DNA of 64,000 nucleotides from Candidatus Latescibacterota bacterium (GTDB lineage: Bacteria; Latescibacterota; UBA2968). The position numbers and the translations under genes are program-made. Positions 17,940 to 28,049 of the stretch are shown piece by piece. The notes below the pieces were generated by a model that was not told the DNA's origin, made no database searches, and saw only the letters and a list, made by a program, of their open reading frames with translations. The DNA lies in NCBI GenBank assembly GCA_965204375.1, contig OZ241986.1, forward strand, positions 1,024,001-1,088,000. The letters run 5' to 3'. Each line of letters opens with the position of its first letter. Positions within the stretch are counted from its first letter, which is position 1.

Positions 17940-19118
17940 CTATTGGATCGCCTGGCGAACCCAATTGAGCGCGGAGAGCGGCATGATACCGTAGTTGTAA
18001 AAGGCGAATTTGGTCACGCCTTGTTCTCGGGCCGCTTGTAGATTGGCACAGAGGGTTTCTGCATCGGGGGAGGCTGGGGGATAGGCTTGTAGTCCGACAA
18101 CGAGTTGGTCTGGACTCTGGAGGATGGGTAAAAGTTCAGAGACTCGCGTTCTGGTGCGTTGGGGATCAGCAGTATAAGAAAGAATTTCTACACTGTCAGC
18201 AATTTGTGCAATGGCTTTGGGATTCGATCTCGTGATTTTTGAATCGCCCATCAAGATATAGGAGAGCGGGACATCAACGGACGCTTTGAGTTCGCGCACG
18301 AGGGATGTGACAATTTCTTCGCGCATGGCGTCAAATGCTTCGAGGTCTGGTATTGTGCGTTTGAGTTCTGTGATCGTTTCCCGAACGGGTTGACCGGTTT
18401 CAAAGGCCGTGCGGATTTTTGCGGTGACAGCACTTTGTAGCCGGGCAATGTCGATATTGGCTTCCATCGCTTGTTTTTTGCAGCTATCGCAGAAACAGAG
18501 TGAAAAGAGGTAGCGTCCGCCAGGGCCCAGGTCAATACCGTGTTTGGCGTGGTAGTGCAGGTGACCCCAACCGGAGTAGGCGAGGGATTCGCATTCGAGG
18601 AGGGAGATGCCGTAGTTGAGAACGAGATCGCGAGAAAGAGCGATAGCAAAGGCGCGTACGTCTGGGTTTGCCGGGCAGAGGGCCGATGTGCTGATGTCAC
18701 CTGTGCAGCGGACTTCGGCACATTCGGGATGGGATTGCGCCAGGTAGGAGTTGTGAAAAAATACGGTCCATGAATTGAGATTTATACCAGCGGCTTTTGC
18801 GGCTTTTGCGGCTTCGCCCCACCAGTTTTCATTTTGCATCAAAGGGCTAACATGTGGTTTGATCGCGCCGTAGAGCGATTCCTGTGGCTCAAAATAAATC
18901 GCTGATTGTGAGACCTCGAGTGTGTTATTGGCGGGGAGATGGGGGCGCAACATGTCAAAGGTGTGGTAAGCCGACGCGAGGTTGATGGCGTCGAGTTTAA
19001 CTTCTTCGCGAAGTTTGTGGAGAACGGCGTCATAACCTTCGTCGCGTAAATCCCAGGGATAAGTCCACATGGTGGCGTTGAGTGCAGGCATTGGGATGCT
19101 CCTTTCTCTGTGAGACAT
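17940..19118 (-). CDS. Hypothetical TIM-barrel (glycoside hydrolase-like) protein
   Basis: YPWD, LASAYH, LCPANP, LCFCDSC and FYNYG motifs; start may be 19091. Confidence 0.6.
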   Translation of the reverse strand: MSHRERSIPMPALNATMWTYPWDLRDEGYDAVLHKLREEVKLDAINLASAYHTFDMLRPHLPANNTLEVSQSAIYFEPQESLYGAIKPHVSPLMQNENWWGEAAKAAKAAGINLNSWTVFFHNSYLAQSHPECAEVRCTGDISTSALCPANPDVRAFAIALSRDLVLNYGISLLECESLAYSGWGHLHYHAKHGIDLGPGGRYLFSLCFCDSCKKQAMEANIDIARLQSAVTAKIRTAFETGQPVRETITELKRTIPDLEAFDAMREEIVTSLVRELKASVDVPLSYILMGDSKITRSNPKAIAQIADSVEILSYTADPQRTRTRVSELLPILQSPDQLVVGLQAYPPASPDAETLCANLQAAREQGVTKFAFYNYGIMPLSALNWVRQAIQ

Positions 19119-19236
19119 GGTATTTTCATTTTGGATAATTTCAAAGTGATTTTTGAAACGGGTTGAAAGGGGATTGACTTTTTTCCCAAAATATGGTATA
19201 ACCTGTTTTTGTATTCAACATTGTTTGGAGGAATGG

Positions 19237-20250
19237 ATGACAAAACTCGGATTGGGTGTGATTGGATGCGGCAATATGGGCGCGAGTCTGGCCAATGGTG
19301 CGCGGGATTTGGACTGCGCTGAAGTGGTTTGTGTCAGCGATGTGGATAGTGAAAAAGGCCGGGCACTATCCGAGAAAATAGACTGCGATTACGAGGTGGA
19401 TTATCATACCATGCTGGCGCGGGAGGATGTGCAGGCGGTCATGATTGCCACGCCGCCGTTTTTGCACAGTGATCCCACGATTGCAGCAGCCCGAGCGGGC
19501 GTGCATGTGTTTTGCGAGAAGCCCATGTCGCCGACGCTGGCGGAGTGTGATGCGATGATCGCCGCGTGTGAGCAAGGCGGGGTTAAGTTGGGTATTGGGC
19601 TGGTGTGTCGCTTTCACCCGGTGCATCGCAAGGTGCGCGATTTGGCTCGCGGGGGCGATTTGGGAACGCCTTTGTGTTTGATGGTCCATCGCCTGGGCGG
19701 TGGCTGGGGCGGTGTGTGGTCTGCAACATGGCGGAAGTCAAGGGATAAAAGTGGCGGTACGCTGATGGAAGTGAATGCGCATGAAATCGATTTTATGCGT
19801 TTTGTGATGGGCGATGCGGAATCGGTTTCTGCGGTGGGTGGGCAGTTCGTACAGACGGAGACAGATTTTCCAGATGTGGCACTCGTTTCCGTGCGATTCA
19901 AAAACGGTGGGGTAGGGGTATTGCATTCCAGTCAGGCAAGTGCTATTGGCGGTTATGGTGGTCGGTTGGATTGCGCCGAAGGCTCAGTGGTCTTCCCCTC
20001 GTTTTGGGGCGGTGAAGGTGGTTTGCGCTACAAGCGATACGATGGTGGTGAAACGGCGATTGCCGCGTCGGAGTTATCGCAAGATGAAAGCCCGGTGAGC
20101 CAGGAGATTCGCGCATTTTGCGAAGCGGTGCTCAATGGGGAGGAGCCACCGGTGTCTGGCGCAGATGGTCGGGCAGCCGTGGAGATTGCGTTGGCTGCTT
20201 ATCAGTCCATTGAAACGGGCGAAGCAATTGTGCTTCCATTTGAGGAATGA
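19237..20250 (+). CDS. Gfo/Idh/MocA family oxidoreductase
   Basis: GVIGCGNMG, HVFCEKP, GGTLME..HEID motifs; GGAGG RBS. Confidence 0.9.
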   Translation: MTKLGLGVIGCGNMGASLANGARDLDCAEVVCVSDVDSEKGRALSEKIDCDYEVDYHTMLAREDVQAVMIATPPFLHSDPTIAAARAGVHVFCEKPMSPTLAECDAMIAACEQGGVKLGIGLVCRFHPVHRKVRDLARGGDLGTPLCLMVHRLGGGWGGVWSATWRKSRDKSGGTLMEVNAHEIDFMRFVMGDAESVSAVGGQFVQTETDFPDVALVSVRFKNGGVGVLHSSQASAIGGYGGRLDCAEGSVVFPSFWGGEGGLRYKRYDGGETAIAASELSQDESPVSQEIRAFCEAVLNGEEPPVSGADGRAAVEIALAAYQSIETGEAIVLPFEE

Positions 20251-20256
20251 GACATC

Positions 20257-21495
20257 ATGGCGCGAAAATTTGATATTCCAGAGTTTTACAAAAGTCCGAT
20301 TATTTCGCAGGTTAAAAGAGCGCGACAATTATTGGATCCCAAAAAGCGCGATTTGCAGCCATCGGTTCTGGATTTTGGGCCTGTGCGATTTTCTTTGGCG
20401 CGGCATTTTGGGTTTTGCTTTGGCGTGGAGAATGCCATTGAAATTGCGTATAAGACCCTGGAAGCCCATTCGGATCGGCGCGTGTTTTTCCTGAGTGAGA
20501 TGATTCACAATCCCAATGTGAATGCAGATTTGCAGGATCGCGGCGTGAAGTTTATGTTTACGCCGTCTGGCGAACAGCTCATTCCGTGGGACGAACTTGT
20601 ACCCGAAGATATCGTGGTGGTGCCTGCTTTTGGTACAACTGTGGGAACGCAAGAGGAATTGGCCCGGCGAGGGATTGATCCCTATCAATACAATACCACA
20701 TGTCCATTTGTCGAAAAGGTGTGGAAGCGCAGTGCCCAATTGGGTGATGGGGATTATACTGTTATCATTCACGGAAAGACCATACACGAAGAGACGCGGG
20801 CGACTTTTTCACACGCGGTTCAAAATGCAGAGGTCGTAGCTGTACTGAATTTGAAAGAAGCGCGTATTCTATCAGATATTATTCGGGGCAAACGCGATCT
20901 CGGCGCTTTTGAACGGTATTTTAGACACAAGTGCTCACAGGGATTTGACCCCAGCATCCATTTGTCGCGCATCGGTGTGGTGAATCAGACGACGATGTTG
21001 GCTACTGAAACGCATAAAATCGCCGGGATCATTCGGCAGGCACTCATAGATCGGTATGGAGCGGAGAATATCGAAGATCATTTTGCGGATACATCAGATA
21101 CGCTTTGTTATGCCACCAACGAAAATCAGAATGCGACATATACGCTTATCGAGCGTGGAGCAGACATCGCTCTGGTTGTAGGGGGCTACAATTCTTCGAA
21201 TACATCGCATATTGTGGAATTGTGCGAGGAAGCCATGCCGACGTTTTTTGTGAAGGATGCCGGGGAGTTGATTTCAGAACGCGAAATTCGGCACTATTGT
21301 CTCAGGTCGCACGGGGTGGAGATTGCCGAGAATTGGTTGCCCGATAAAAGACCTGTGGATGTCGCACTGACATGTGGTGCTTCGTGTCCCGATGCCGTGG
21401 TAGATAGTGTGCTGTTGCGCGTGTTGTCTTTTTTTCCCGATGCGCGGGATGTAAATGATGTGCTGGCGTTGTACAGGGCGATGGAGCCTGTGTAA
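20257..21495 (+). CDS. ispH: 4-hydroxy-3-methylbut-2-enyl diphosphate reductase
   Basis: GFCFGV, IHNP, TCPFV, DTLCYAT, SSNTSH and GASCP motifs. Confidence 0.95.
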   Translation: MARKFDIPEFYKSPIISQVKRARQLLDPKKRDLQPSVLDFGPVRFSLARHFGFCFGVENAIEIAYKTLEAHSDRRVFFLSEMIHNPNVNADLQDRGVKFMFTPSGEQLIPWDELVPEDIVVVPAFGTTVGTQEELARRGIDPYQYNTTCPFVEKVWKRSAQLGDGDYTVIIHGKTIHEETRATFSHAVQNAEVVAVLNLKEARILSDIIRGKRDLGAFERYFRHKCSQGFDPSIHLSRIGVVNQTTMLATETHKIAGIIRQALIDRYGAENIEDHFADTSDTLCYATNENQNATYTLIERGADIALVVGGYNSSNTSHIVELCEEAMPTFFVKDAGELISEREIRHYCLRSHGVEIAENWLPDKRPVDVALTCGASCPDAVVDSVLLRVLSFFPDARDVNDVLALYRAMEPV

Positions 21496-21512
21496 TATGG
21501 AATGAGAGACGT

Positions 21513-21929
21513 TTACTCCTCTCCTAAGACTTCGAGAAGCCTGCGAACTTTTTCCAGTGACTCCTTTGTTTGCAAGCGTAGTAGTGCAGAAAGCACAGCT
21601 TTTCCGTCTTCAGAAGACAGTAAAATGTTCAGTTCTCTGAGTTGTTCTGTTGTGAGTGTATTAATCCGGTCGCTTACAATACTGCTCAACTCGGGATCGC
21701 GTTCTCGCGGGTAAACGATAGTTGTTTCGGGATTTGCACCCAAAAGGACCTCCGGCGAAACGCCCAGGGCAGTAGCAATAGCGACCAGAGTATCGGTTCG
21801 AGGCACTTTTGTCTCTGCTTCAATGCGAGATACTGTCGCCTGATCAATATTGGCCGCATTGGCGAGGTCGAGTTGAGACCAGTTTTTTGCGTGCCGTAAT
21901 TCCCTTATTTTTCGTCCGGTTACGATCAT
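21513..21929 (-). CDS. XRE-family HTH transcriptional regulator
   Basis: GRKIRELRHAKNWSQLDLANAANIDQATVSRIE HTH; start 21929 preferred over 21977. Confidence 0.85.
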   Translation of the reverse strand: MIVTGRKIRELRHAKNWSQLDLANAANIDQATVSRIEAETKVPRTDTLVAIATALGVSPEVLLGANPETTIVYPRERDPELSSIVSDRINTLTTEQLRELNILLSSEDGKAVLSALLRLQTKESLEKVRRLLEVLGEE

Positions 21930-21962
21930 AAATGAAAAATAAGGTAATTTTATGGATTTATT

Positions 21963-22011
21963 TATGTTCATAGGCATATATTGCGATTAAAAATATGTAT
22001 TTATACATATT
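21963..22011. promoter_or_regulatory. Tandem operator-like palindromes TATGT-N6-RCATA
   Basis: Perfect AATATGTAT-TT-ATACATATT at 21992-22011 and TATGT-TCATAG-GCATA at 21963-21978, between divergent genes. Confidence 0.6.
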
Positions 22012-22041
22012 ACACGTTTGCATTTTTGGATTGGAGCCGCT

Positions 22042-22842
22042 ATGAGAAAAATGTATTGGACAGATCTGAGAACTTCTAAAATTCAGTGTGCAAACGCAGA
22101 CGGTTCAGATGTCAAAGATCTCGTTACGACTGGATTGCGTATTCCAAATAGCATCGCCCTGGATGGAGACGGGGGTAAGATGTACTGGACGGACGCTGGA
22201 ACGTCCAAAATTCAGCGTGCAAACCTGGATGGTTCAGATGTCGAAGATCTCGTTGTTACCGATGTATATCTTCCAGGCGGAATGACGGTGCATGGAAAGA
22301 AGAAAAAAATATATTGGACAGACGCGGCCTGGGGAGAGACCGTGGAGTGCAAAGTACAACGAGCGGACCTGGATGGCTCTCATGTCGAAACTCTCGTTTT
22401 CACCGAAATGAGTATTCCCAACGGTATCGTCCTGGATCTGGACATGGGTAAGATGTACTGGACGGACTTAACTAAAATTCAACGAGCGAACCTGGATGGC
22501 TCTCATGTTGAAATCCTCGTTTTCACCGAATTACTGCCATTGGGGATTGCCTTAGACGCAGGTGAAGGGAAGATGTACTGGACGAACTATAAGGGTGCTG
22601 GCGTGTCTAAAATTCAACGAGCGAACCTGGAGGGCTCCGATGTTGAAGATCTCGTGACTGAAGGATTGGATCGTCCGTCGGGGATTGCTCTGGATGTCGT
22701 CAGAGGGAAGATGTACTGGGGGGACTATGACAACTATGGCACGGCTAAAATTCAATGTGCGAATTTAGATGGTTCAGATGTTGAAGATCTTGTTGCTACG
22801 GGATTGGATCGCCCATCGGGGATTTCACTGTGCTGCTTCTAA
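22042..22842 (+). CDS. YWTD (LDL-receptor class B) six-bladed beta-propeller protein
   Basis: Six repeats of KMYWTD..KIQRANLDGSDVEDLV..P.GIALD; GGAG RBS before ATG 22042; no signal peptide. Confidence 0.9.
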   Translation: MRKMYWTDLRTSKIQCANADGSDVKDLVTTGLRIPNSIALDGDGGKMYWTDAGTSKIQRANLDGSDVEDLVVTDVYLPGGMTVHGKKKKIYWTDAAWGETVECKVQRADLDGSHVETLVFTEMSIPNGIVLDLDMGKMYWTDLTKIQRANLDGSHVEILVFTELLPLGIALDAGEGKMYWTNYKGAGVSKIQRANLEGSDVEDLVTEGLDRPSGIALDVVRGKMYWGDYDNYGTAKIQCANLDGSDVEDLVATGLDRPSGISLCCF

Positions 22843-22862
22843 TACCTCCACCTTTTCAAGGG

Positions 22863-22891
22863 TTGACTTTCGCTTTTGCATGGGCTATATT
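22863..22891 (+). promoter_or_regulatory. Sigma70-type promoter
   Basis: TTGACT-17 bp-TATATT. Confidence 0.7.
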
Positions 22892-22897
22892 GGAACC

Positions 22898-23146
22898 ACA
22901 CAAGAAAGGAGGTGGTCGAATGAGTGAAATGACCAGTGGAGGTGGCTGTCGTTAGGTGCGCCTCTGCCAGGAGCGGGAATAGCATCTCGAATGGTAGCGC
23001 ACCTGGCAATCCAAGACAGCCATCGAACGGCTTGTTATCTGCCACATTGGCGATTTTTTGACAATCGCGAGGCAGAAACTTCCGTCAGACGATGCGCCGC
23101 ACGGAGATGGGTCGGTTTTCCGACACCCGACGTGCGGCGCTTTTTT
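22898..23146 (+). ncRNA. Putative structured small RNA with an 11-codon mini-ORF
   Basis: Own promoter and terminator; nested stems GGTGGCTGTC/GACAGCCATC, TAGGTGCGC/GCGCACCTG, TCTGCC/GGCAGA, GCGATT/AATCGC; family not recognised. Confidence 0.6.
23094..23146 (+). terminator. Intrinsic terminator
   Basis: GCGCCGCACG...CGTGCGGCGC stem followed by TTTTTT. Confidence 0.8.
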
Positions 23147-23239
23147 GTGGGTTTCTAACTTGACAAAATTGGATTATACTGTACCTTCAAAGGCTTAAAA
23201 TACTTTGAGATTTCAAATATTTGGAGAGGAAGTGAAAAG

Positions 23240-23671
23240 ATGATGACACCGAGTGCCAAAAAAGGTGATGTTGAACACACCTGGTATGTCGCCGATGCAG
23301 AAGGCAAGATACTGGGGCGATTTGCCAGTGGCGTTGCCCGAATTTTGCGCGGCAAACACAAGCCTTTTTATACCCCCCATGTTGATACGGGGGATCACGT
23401 AGTTGTTATAAATGCCGAAAAAATTCAGGTGAAGGGCAATAACAAAGCCCAGCAGAAGGTTTATACGAGCTATAGTGGGTATCCCAGCGGGCTTAAGAAG
23501 CAAACGCTGGAAGACGCGCTGGAAAAGCGCCCCACATTTGTACTTGAGCACGCGATTCGGGGTATGTTGCCCCACAACAAATTGGGGCGACAGATGATCA
23601 AAAAGGTCCGTATTTACGCCGGGCCAGAGCACCCACACCAGGCTCAGTCTCCTGAGCCTATTGATTTATAG
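23240..23671 (+). CDS. rplM: 50S ribosomal protein L13
   Basis: [29 protein letters not shown] motifs. Confidence 0.97.
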   Translation: MMTPSAKKGDVEHTWYVADAEGKILGRFASGVARILRGKHKPFYTPHVDTGDHVVVINAEKIQVKGNNKAQQKVYTSYSGYPSGLKKQTLEDALEKRPTFVLEHAIRGMLPHNKLGRQMIKKVRIYAGPEHPHQAQSPEPIDL

Positions 23672-23684
23672 AGGAGGTGATTAT

Positions 23685-24080
23685 TTGGCAGTTGAACCAC
23701 TGAGTTCTGCTACGGGGCGTCGAAAAACATCGACGGCGCATGTGAAACTTTTCCCTGGAACGGGATCGATTGTTATCAATGGGCTTTCCGCGCTCGATTA
23801 TCTCAAACGGGAGACATTGGTGATGATTATCGAACAGCCCTTAGATGTGACCGAGACCCGGGGGACTTATGATATTGTTGCCAAAGCAAAGGGGGGCGGT
23901 TTGACCGGCCAGGCCGGCGCCGTGCGATTGGGTATTGCGCGCAGTTTGCAAAGCGTGAATACGAGCAATCACAAACCCCTGCGTCAGGCGGGCTTGCTCA
24001 CGCGCGATCCGCGCAAAGTGGAACGAAAAAAACCCGGGCAACCCGGCGCGCGCAAAAAATTCCAATTCTCCAAGCGTTAA
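23685..24080 (+). CDS. rpsI: 30S ribosomal protein S9
   Basis: TGRRKTS ... RKKFQFSKR; TTG start after GAGGAGGTG. Confidence 0.97.
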   Translation: MAVEPLSSATGRRKTSTAHVKLFPGTGSIVINGLSALDYLKRETLVMIIEQPLDVTETRGTYDIVAKAKGGGLTGQAGAVRLGIARSLQSVNTSNHKPLRQAGLLTRDPRKVERKKPGQPGARKKFQFSKR

Positions 24081-24103
24081 ACCAGAGTATTTTATCTGGA
24101 TAT

Positions 24104-24175
24104 CACATGTATCCTGATTGCTTCACGGGTGCCAGATGGCAATGCGGCAATATGAGGGATGCAGAGGACAAACCC
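24104..24175 (+). ncRNA. rpsB leader (t44-like S2 autoregulatory RNA)
   Basis: CACATGTATCC...GGGTGCC...GGATGCAGAGG..AAACCC resembles the E. coli rpsB leader pattern; directly upstream of rpsB. Confidence 0.75.
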
Positions 24176-24192
24176 AAAGTGCAGGAGGTGAC

Positions 24193-24951
24193 ATGGCTGT
24201 TGTTTCAATGAGGCAACTGCTCGAATCTGGCGTTCACTTCGGGCATCAAACCCGGCGGTGGAATCCAAAGATGCAGAAGTACATTTTTACAGAACGCAAT
24301 GGTATTTACATTGTCGATTTGCAAAAGACGCAGATGCAAATCGAAGCGGCATATCAGGCTGTGCGCAAGGCTGCCGAAACAGGCCAGCCGATTCTTTTTG
24401 TGGGTACGAAGAAACAGGCCAAAGACATCATTTCAGATGCCGCTGAACGCTGCGACATGTTTTTTGTCAACAACCGCTGGTTGGGGGGTATGCTGACGAA
24501 TTTTCAAACTATTCGGCAGAGCATTCGCCGCCTGGATACGCTGGATAAAATGGCCAGCGATGGCACATATGAGCAGTTGACCAAAAAGGAAGTGTTGCGT
24601 TTGGAACGCGAGCGCGATAAGTTGCAAAAATCCCTGGGCGGGATCCGCAGCATGGGGCGTTTGCCGGCACTCGTATTTGTCGTGGATACCAAAAAGGAAA
24701 AAATCGCAGTCGCCGAAGCGCGCCGCCTGGAAATTCCGCTTGTAGCGATTGTCGATACCAACTGCGACCCGGATGAGGTTGACCATCCCATTCCGGGCAA
24801 TGATGATGCAATGCGGTCCATTGCGCTGGTTACAAATTTGATGGCCGAGGCCGTGATCGAAGGGACAACTGTTCGACAGGATGAAGAAGAAGATGCCCCT
24901 GTGCCAGATGCAGGCCCTGAGATTACAGAAATTGATCCCAGCAATAATTAA
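24193..24951 (+). CDS. rpsB: 30S ribosomal protein S2
   Basis: [19 protein letters not shown]; PGNDDA; AGGAGGTG RBS. Confidence 0.97.
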   Translation: MAVVSMRQLLESGVHFGHQTRRWNPKMQKYIFTERNGIYIVDLQKTQMQIEAAYQAVRKAAETGQPILFVGTKKQAKDIISDAAERCDMFFVNNRWLGGMLTNFQTIRQSIRRLDTLDKMASDGTYEQLTKKEVLRLERERDKLQKSLGGIRSMGRLPALVFVVDTKKEKIAVAEARRLEIPLVAIVDTNCDPDEVDHPIPGNDDAMRSIALVTNLMAEAVIEGTTVRQDEEEDAPVPDAGPEITEIDPSNN

Positions 24952-24974
24952 ATCAAAAGAGGACGGAGATTGAA

Positions 24975-25574
24975 ATGGCTATTTCTGCAAAAATGGTTCA
25001 GGAGTTGCGTGCCAGAACCAATGTGGGCATGATGGATTGTAAACGAGCGCTTGAAGAGGCCGATGGCGTCATGGATAAGGCTGTTGAGTTGTTGCGTAAA
25101 CGGGGCATTGCCAAAGCCGAGAGCAGGGCGGGACGTCAGGCCAAAGAGGGAGCGATTGCGTCTTATATCCATGCGGGAAGCCAATTGGGGGTTTTGCTCG
25201 AGATCAATAGCGAAACCGACTTTGTAGCGCGTACCGATGAGTTCCAGACGTTTTCAAAAGACGTGGCTATGCACATCGCCGCCGCCGCACCTCTTGTTGT
25301 GAATCGCGAGGAAGTAGATGCCGAAATGCTGGAAAGGGAAAAGAATATTTATCGCGACCAGGCACTCAGCGAAGGCAAACCCGAGCACATCGTGGATCGA
25401 ATTGTGGAAGGCCGCATGGAAAAATACTATGAGGAAGTGGTCTTAATGGAACAGGCTTTTGTCAAAGATCCGGACAAAACTATTCAGGATCTGCACTCAG
25501 AATTGGTGGCCAAGTGCGGTGAAAAAATTACCATTCGCCGATTCGCCCGTTTTGTCTTGGGTGAGGAGAGTTAG
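24975..25574 (+). CDS. tsf: Elongation factor Ts (short form)
   Basis: GMMDCKRAL and ETDFVA motifs. Confidence 0.97.
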   Translation: MAISAKMVQELRARTNVGMMDCKRALEEADGVMDKAVELLRKRGIAKAESRAGRQAKEGAIASYIHAGSQLGVLLEINSETDFVARTDEFQTFSKDVAMHIAAAAPLVVNREEVDAEMLEREKNIYRDQALSEGKPEHIVDRIVEGRMEKYYEEVVLMEQAFVKDPDKTIQDLHSELVAKCGEKITIRRFARFVLGEES

Positions 25575-25603
25575 GCGTTTATAATGCCCAGAGGAGGTAC
25601 GCC

Positions 25604-26161
25604 GTGATTGATGAGATTATGGCTGAAGCGCGAACGGCTATGCAAAAGTCTATTATAGCCCTGCAAAATGAGATGGGTACAGTGCGAACGGGGCGTGCCA
25701 ATGCGCATTTGCTGGATCAAATTCGGGTCGAGTATTACGGTACACAGGTGCCGATTAACCAGGTCGCTACAGTGGGCGTGCCAGAACCGCGTTTGATCGC
25801 GCTTCAACCCTGGGATAAGTCGGCGATTCCACTGATTGAAAAGGCAATTCTGGAATCGAATTTGGGATTGACACCGACCAACGACGGTACGATTATTCGG
25901 TTGCCCATTCCGCAGTTGACGGAAGACCGCAGGCGAGAACTGGTGCGGGTGGTGAGGCAATATGCCGAAGAAAGCCGCATTTCGGTTCGCAATACCCGTC
26001 GCGATGCCAATGAACTCATCCGCGATGCGCAAAAAGAAGGCGAGATTCCCGAAGACGATGCCAGGCGCACAACAGATCGCGTGCAGGATTTGACCGACGA
26101 GTTTGTCGCAAAAATTGATGAGGTATTAAAAGAAAAAGAAGAAGAAATTATGGAAGTTTGA
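25604..26161 (+). CDS. frr: Ribosome recycling factor
   Basis: RTGRAN, P.LTEDRRRELV and RNTRRDA motifs. Confidence 0.97.
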   Translation: MIDEIMAEARTAMQKSIIALQNEMGTVRTGRANAHLLDQIRVEYYGTQVPINQVATVGVPEPRLIALQPWDKSAIPLIEKAILESNLGLTPTNDGTIIRLPIPQLTEDRRRELVRVVRQYAEESRISVRNTRRDANELIRDAQKEGEIPEDDARRTTDRVQDLTDEFVAKIDEVLKEKEEEIMEV

Positions 26162-26185
26162 TGTGGAACGAGATCTGCTGAATTG

Positions 26186-26225
26186 AAGAGGCCATCTCCA
26201 TTGCGAGGTGGCCTCTTGATTTTTT
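26186..26225 (+). terminator. Intrinsic terminator after frr
   Basis: AAGAGGCCA...TGGCCTCTT stem then T tract. Confidence 0.7.
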
Positions 26226-26251
26226 GAGTCGGAGAAGTGCTCCTGATACCT

Positions 26252-26767
26252 TTAGTATTTGATAGCATAGACCTCGACAAATTCGCCGTAGTGCCAGACG
26301 TAATACGCCGTGCGATAGTGCGATTTGGATCTGCCTGTTCGCGCGGCGCGTTCGACGGCTTCGGGAGGGTTGACGATTAAGAGTTTGCTGTCGAGGCGAA
26401 AACGGAATCCCAGATGCGTGACAAAGGGCGCGAAGATCACACTGCCTGTTCGCGCGTCGATAACGGCGAATTGCTGGCATTCTTCGCCGCAAAACCACCG
26501 CACAATGGTTTGGTCGCCCGCAAAATTGGGACCGATTTTGGCACTGTGAATCAAGCGGTCTTTGAATCGAAGCGCACGCGGATGGCTCACGAGATTGACA
26601 GGACGCGGTTTGTCTTTGTAAATTTGGTATTCGGGAATCGCAAACTGCTCAAATTCGGGTTTTTCAGTCACGGGACCAGGGGCTTCGGGTAACCGCGGGT
26701 CGGGCATACAGGCGATAAAAAACAAAAACAGGATGGGGGAGATCGACTTGTATTTTGGCATGCTCAT
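26252..26767 (-). CDS. Putative lipoprotein
   Basis: Basic N-terminus, hydrophobic stretch and FIAC lipobox; GPNFAG..WFCGEEC. Confidence 0.65.
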   Translation of the reverse strand: MSMPKYKSISPILFLFFIACMPDPRLPEAPGPVTEKPEFEQFAIPEYQIYKDKPRPVNLVSHPRALRFKDRLIHSAKIGPNFAGDQTIVRWFCGEECQQFAVIDARTGSVIFAPFVTHLGFRFRLDSKLLIVNPPEAVERAARTGRSKSHYRTAYYVWHYGEFVEVYAIKY

Positions 26768-26966
26768 GCGTCATTTCTCGGCGATGGTAGATGTCGTTGA
26801 TGCCATTAACTACGCACCAAATGGCTTTTTCGTCAAGTTGCGTTATCATTTTGCGGCGGTTGTGTTTGCCTGAACAGCACCGCTGAGTATCGCGCGTTGC
26901 TTGACTCCCCACTATCCATTGGGTACATTTGCATACCATTCACGTCATGATATAGAGGAGCCTGTT

Positions 26967-28046
26967 ATGAGCAGCACATTTGGTCGCGCATTTCGCATCA
27001 CCACATGGGGGGAGTCACACGGTGGTGGCGTTGGTGTTGTTCTGGATGGATGCCCACCCGGTCTGGAGATCAGCGAAGAAGATATCCAGATTGAACTCGA
27101 CCGCCGCAAACCTGGCCAGAGCAAAATTACCACACAGCGCAAAGAAGAAGACCAGATAGAAATCCACTCGGGTCTTTTTGAGGGTAAAACTCTTGGCACG
27201 CCCATCTCGATGATGGTGTGGAATCAGGATGCGCGTTCCAAAGATTACGAAGAAATACGGACCAAATACCGCCCTTCGCACGCCGATTACACATATCAGC
27301 AAAAATACGGTATTCGCAACTGGAAAGGAGGGGGCAGAGCCAGTGCGCGCGAGACCATCGGCCGCGTTGCAGCAGGTGCGATTGCCCGAAAATTGCTCAA
27401 ACGCGATTGCAATATCGATATTATCGCTTATGTGCGTCAGGTTCACACCCTTGTTGCCAGTGTCGATCCCGTCGGGGTTACTCGCGAGCAAGTCGAGTCG
27501 AATATCGCCCGCGTGCCCGAACCCGAGATTGCCGAGCAAATCATTCGGCGCATCGACGCTGCTCGCAAAGATGGCGACTCTCTCGGTGGCGTGGTAGAGG
27601 CCGTTGCCCATCGCGTTCCTCCCGGCTGGGGCGAACCCGTCTTTGACAAACTCGAAGCTGATCTCGCCAAATCCATGCTTTCACTGCCCGCCTGCAAAGG
27701 CTTCGAATCCGGCTCTGGTTTTGGCGGTATTGCGATGACTGGCTCTGCACACAACGATCCTTTTTACAACGATGGTGGCGGCATTCACACGCGCACAAAT
27801 TATTCTGGCGGCATTCAGGGCGGTATCTCCAACGGCGAACCCGTCGTCATTCGCGCAGCTTTCAAGCCGACTGCCACGATTTTGGCCGAGCAAGAAACCG
27901 TTGATATCCACGGCAATCCCACCACTCTCAAAGGGCGCGGTAGGCACGACCCCTGCGTCTTACCTCGCGCAGTTCCCATTGTCGAAGCGATGATGGCACT
28001 CGTACTGGCAGACCACTATTTGCGCCAGCGCGGACAAAGAGGGTGA
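26967..28046 (+). CDS. aroC: Chorismate synthase
   Basis: [20 protein letters not shown] and RGRHDPCV motifs. Confidence 0.97.
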   Translation: MSSTFGRAFRITTWGESHGGGVGVVLDGCPPGLEISEEDIQIELDRRKPGQSKITTQRKEEDQIEIHSGLFEGKTLGTPISMMVWNQDARSKDYEEIRTKYRPSHADYTYQQKYGIRNWKGGGRASARETIGRVAAGAIARKLLKRDCNIDIIAYVRQVHTLVASVDPVGVTREQVESNIARVPEPEIAEQIIRRIDAARKDGDSLGGVVEAVAHRVPPGWGEPVFDKLEADLAKSMLSLPACKGFESGSGFGGIAMTGSAHNDPFYNDGGGIHTRTNYSGGIQGGISNGEPVVIRAAFKPTATILAEQETVDIHGNPTTLKGRGRHDPCVLPRAVPIVEAMMALVLADHYLRQRGQRG

Positions 28047-28049
28047 AAA

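Noticed and set aside
22950-23030. Cobalamin riboswitch, 6S, SRP or tmRNA identity for the structured RNA
   Set aside because: AGGTGC and GGGAA fragments occur, but the B12 box, the SRP loop, tRNA-like ends and a single long rod with central bubble are all absent.
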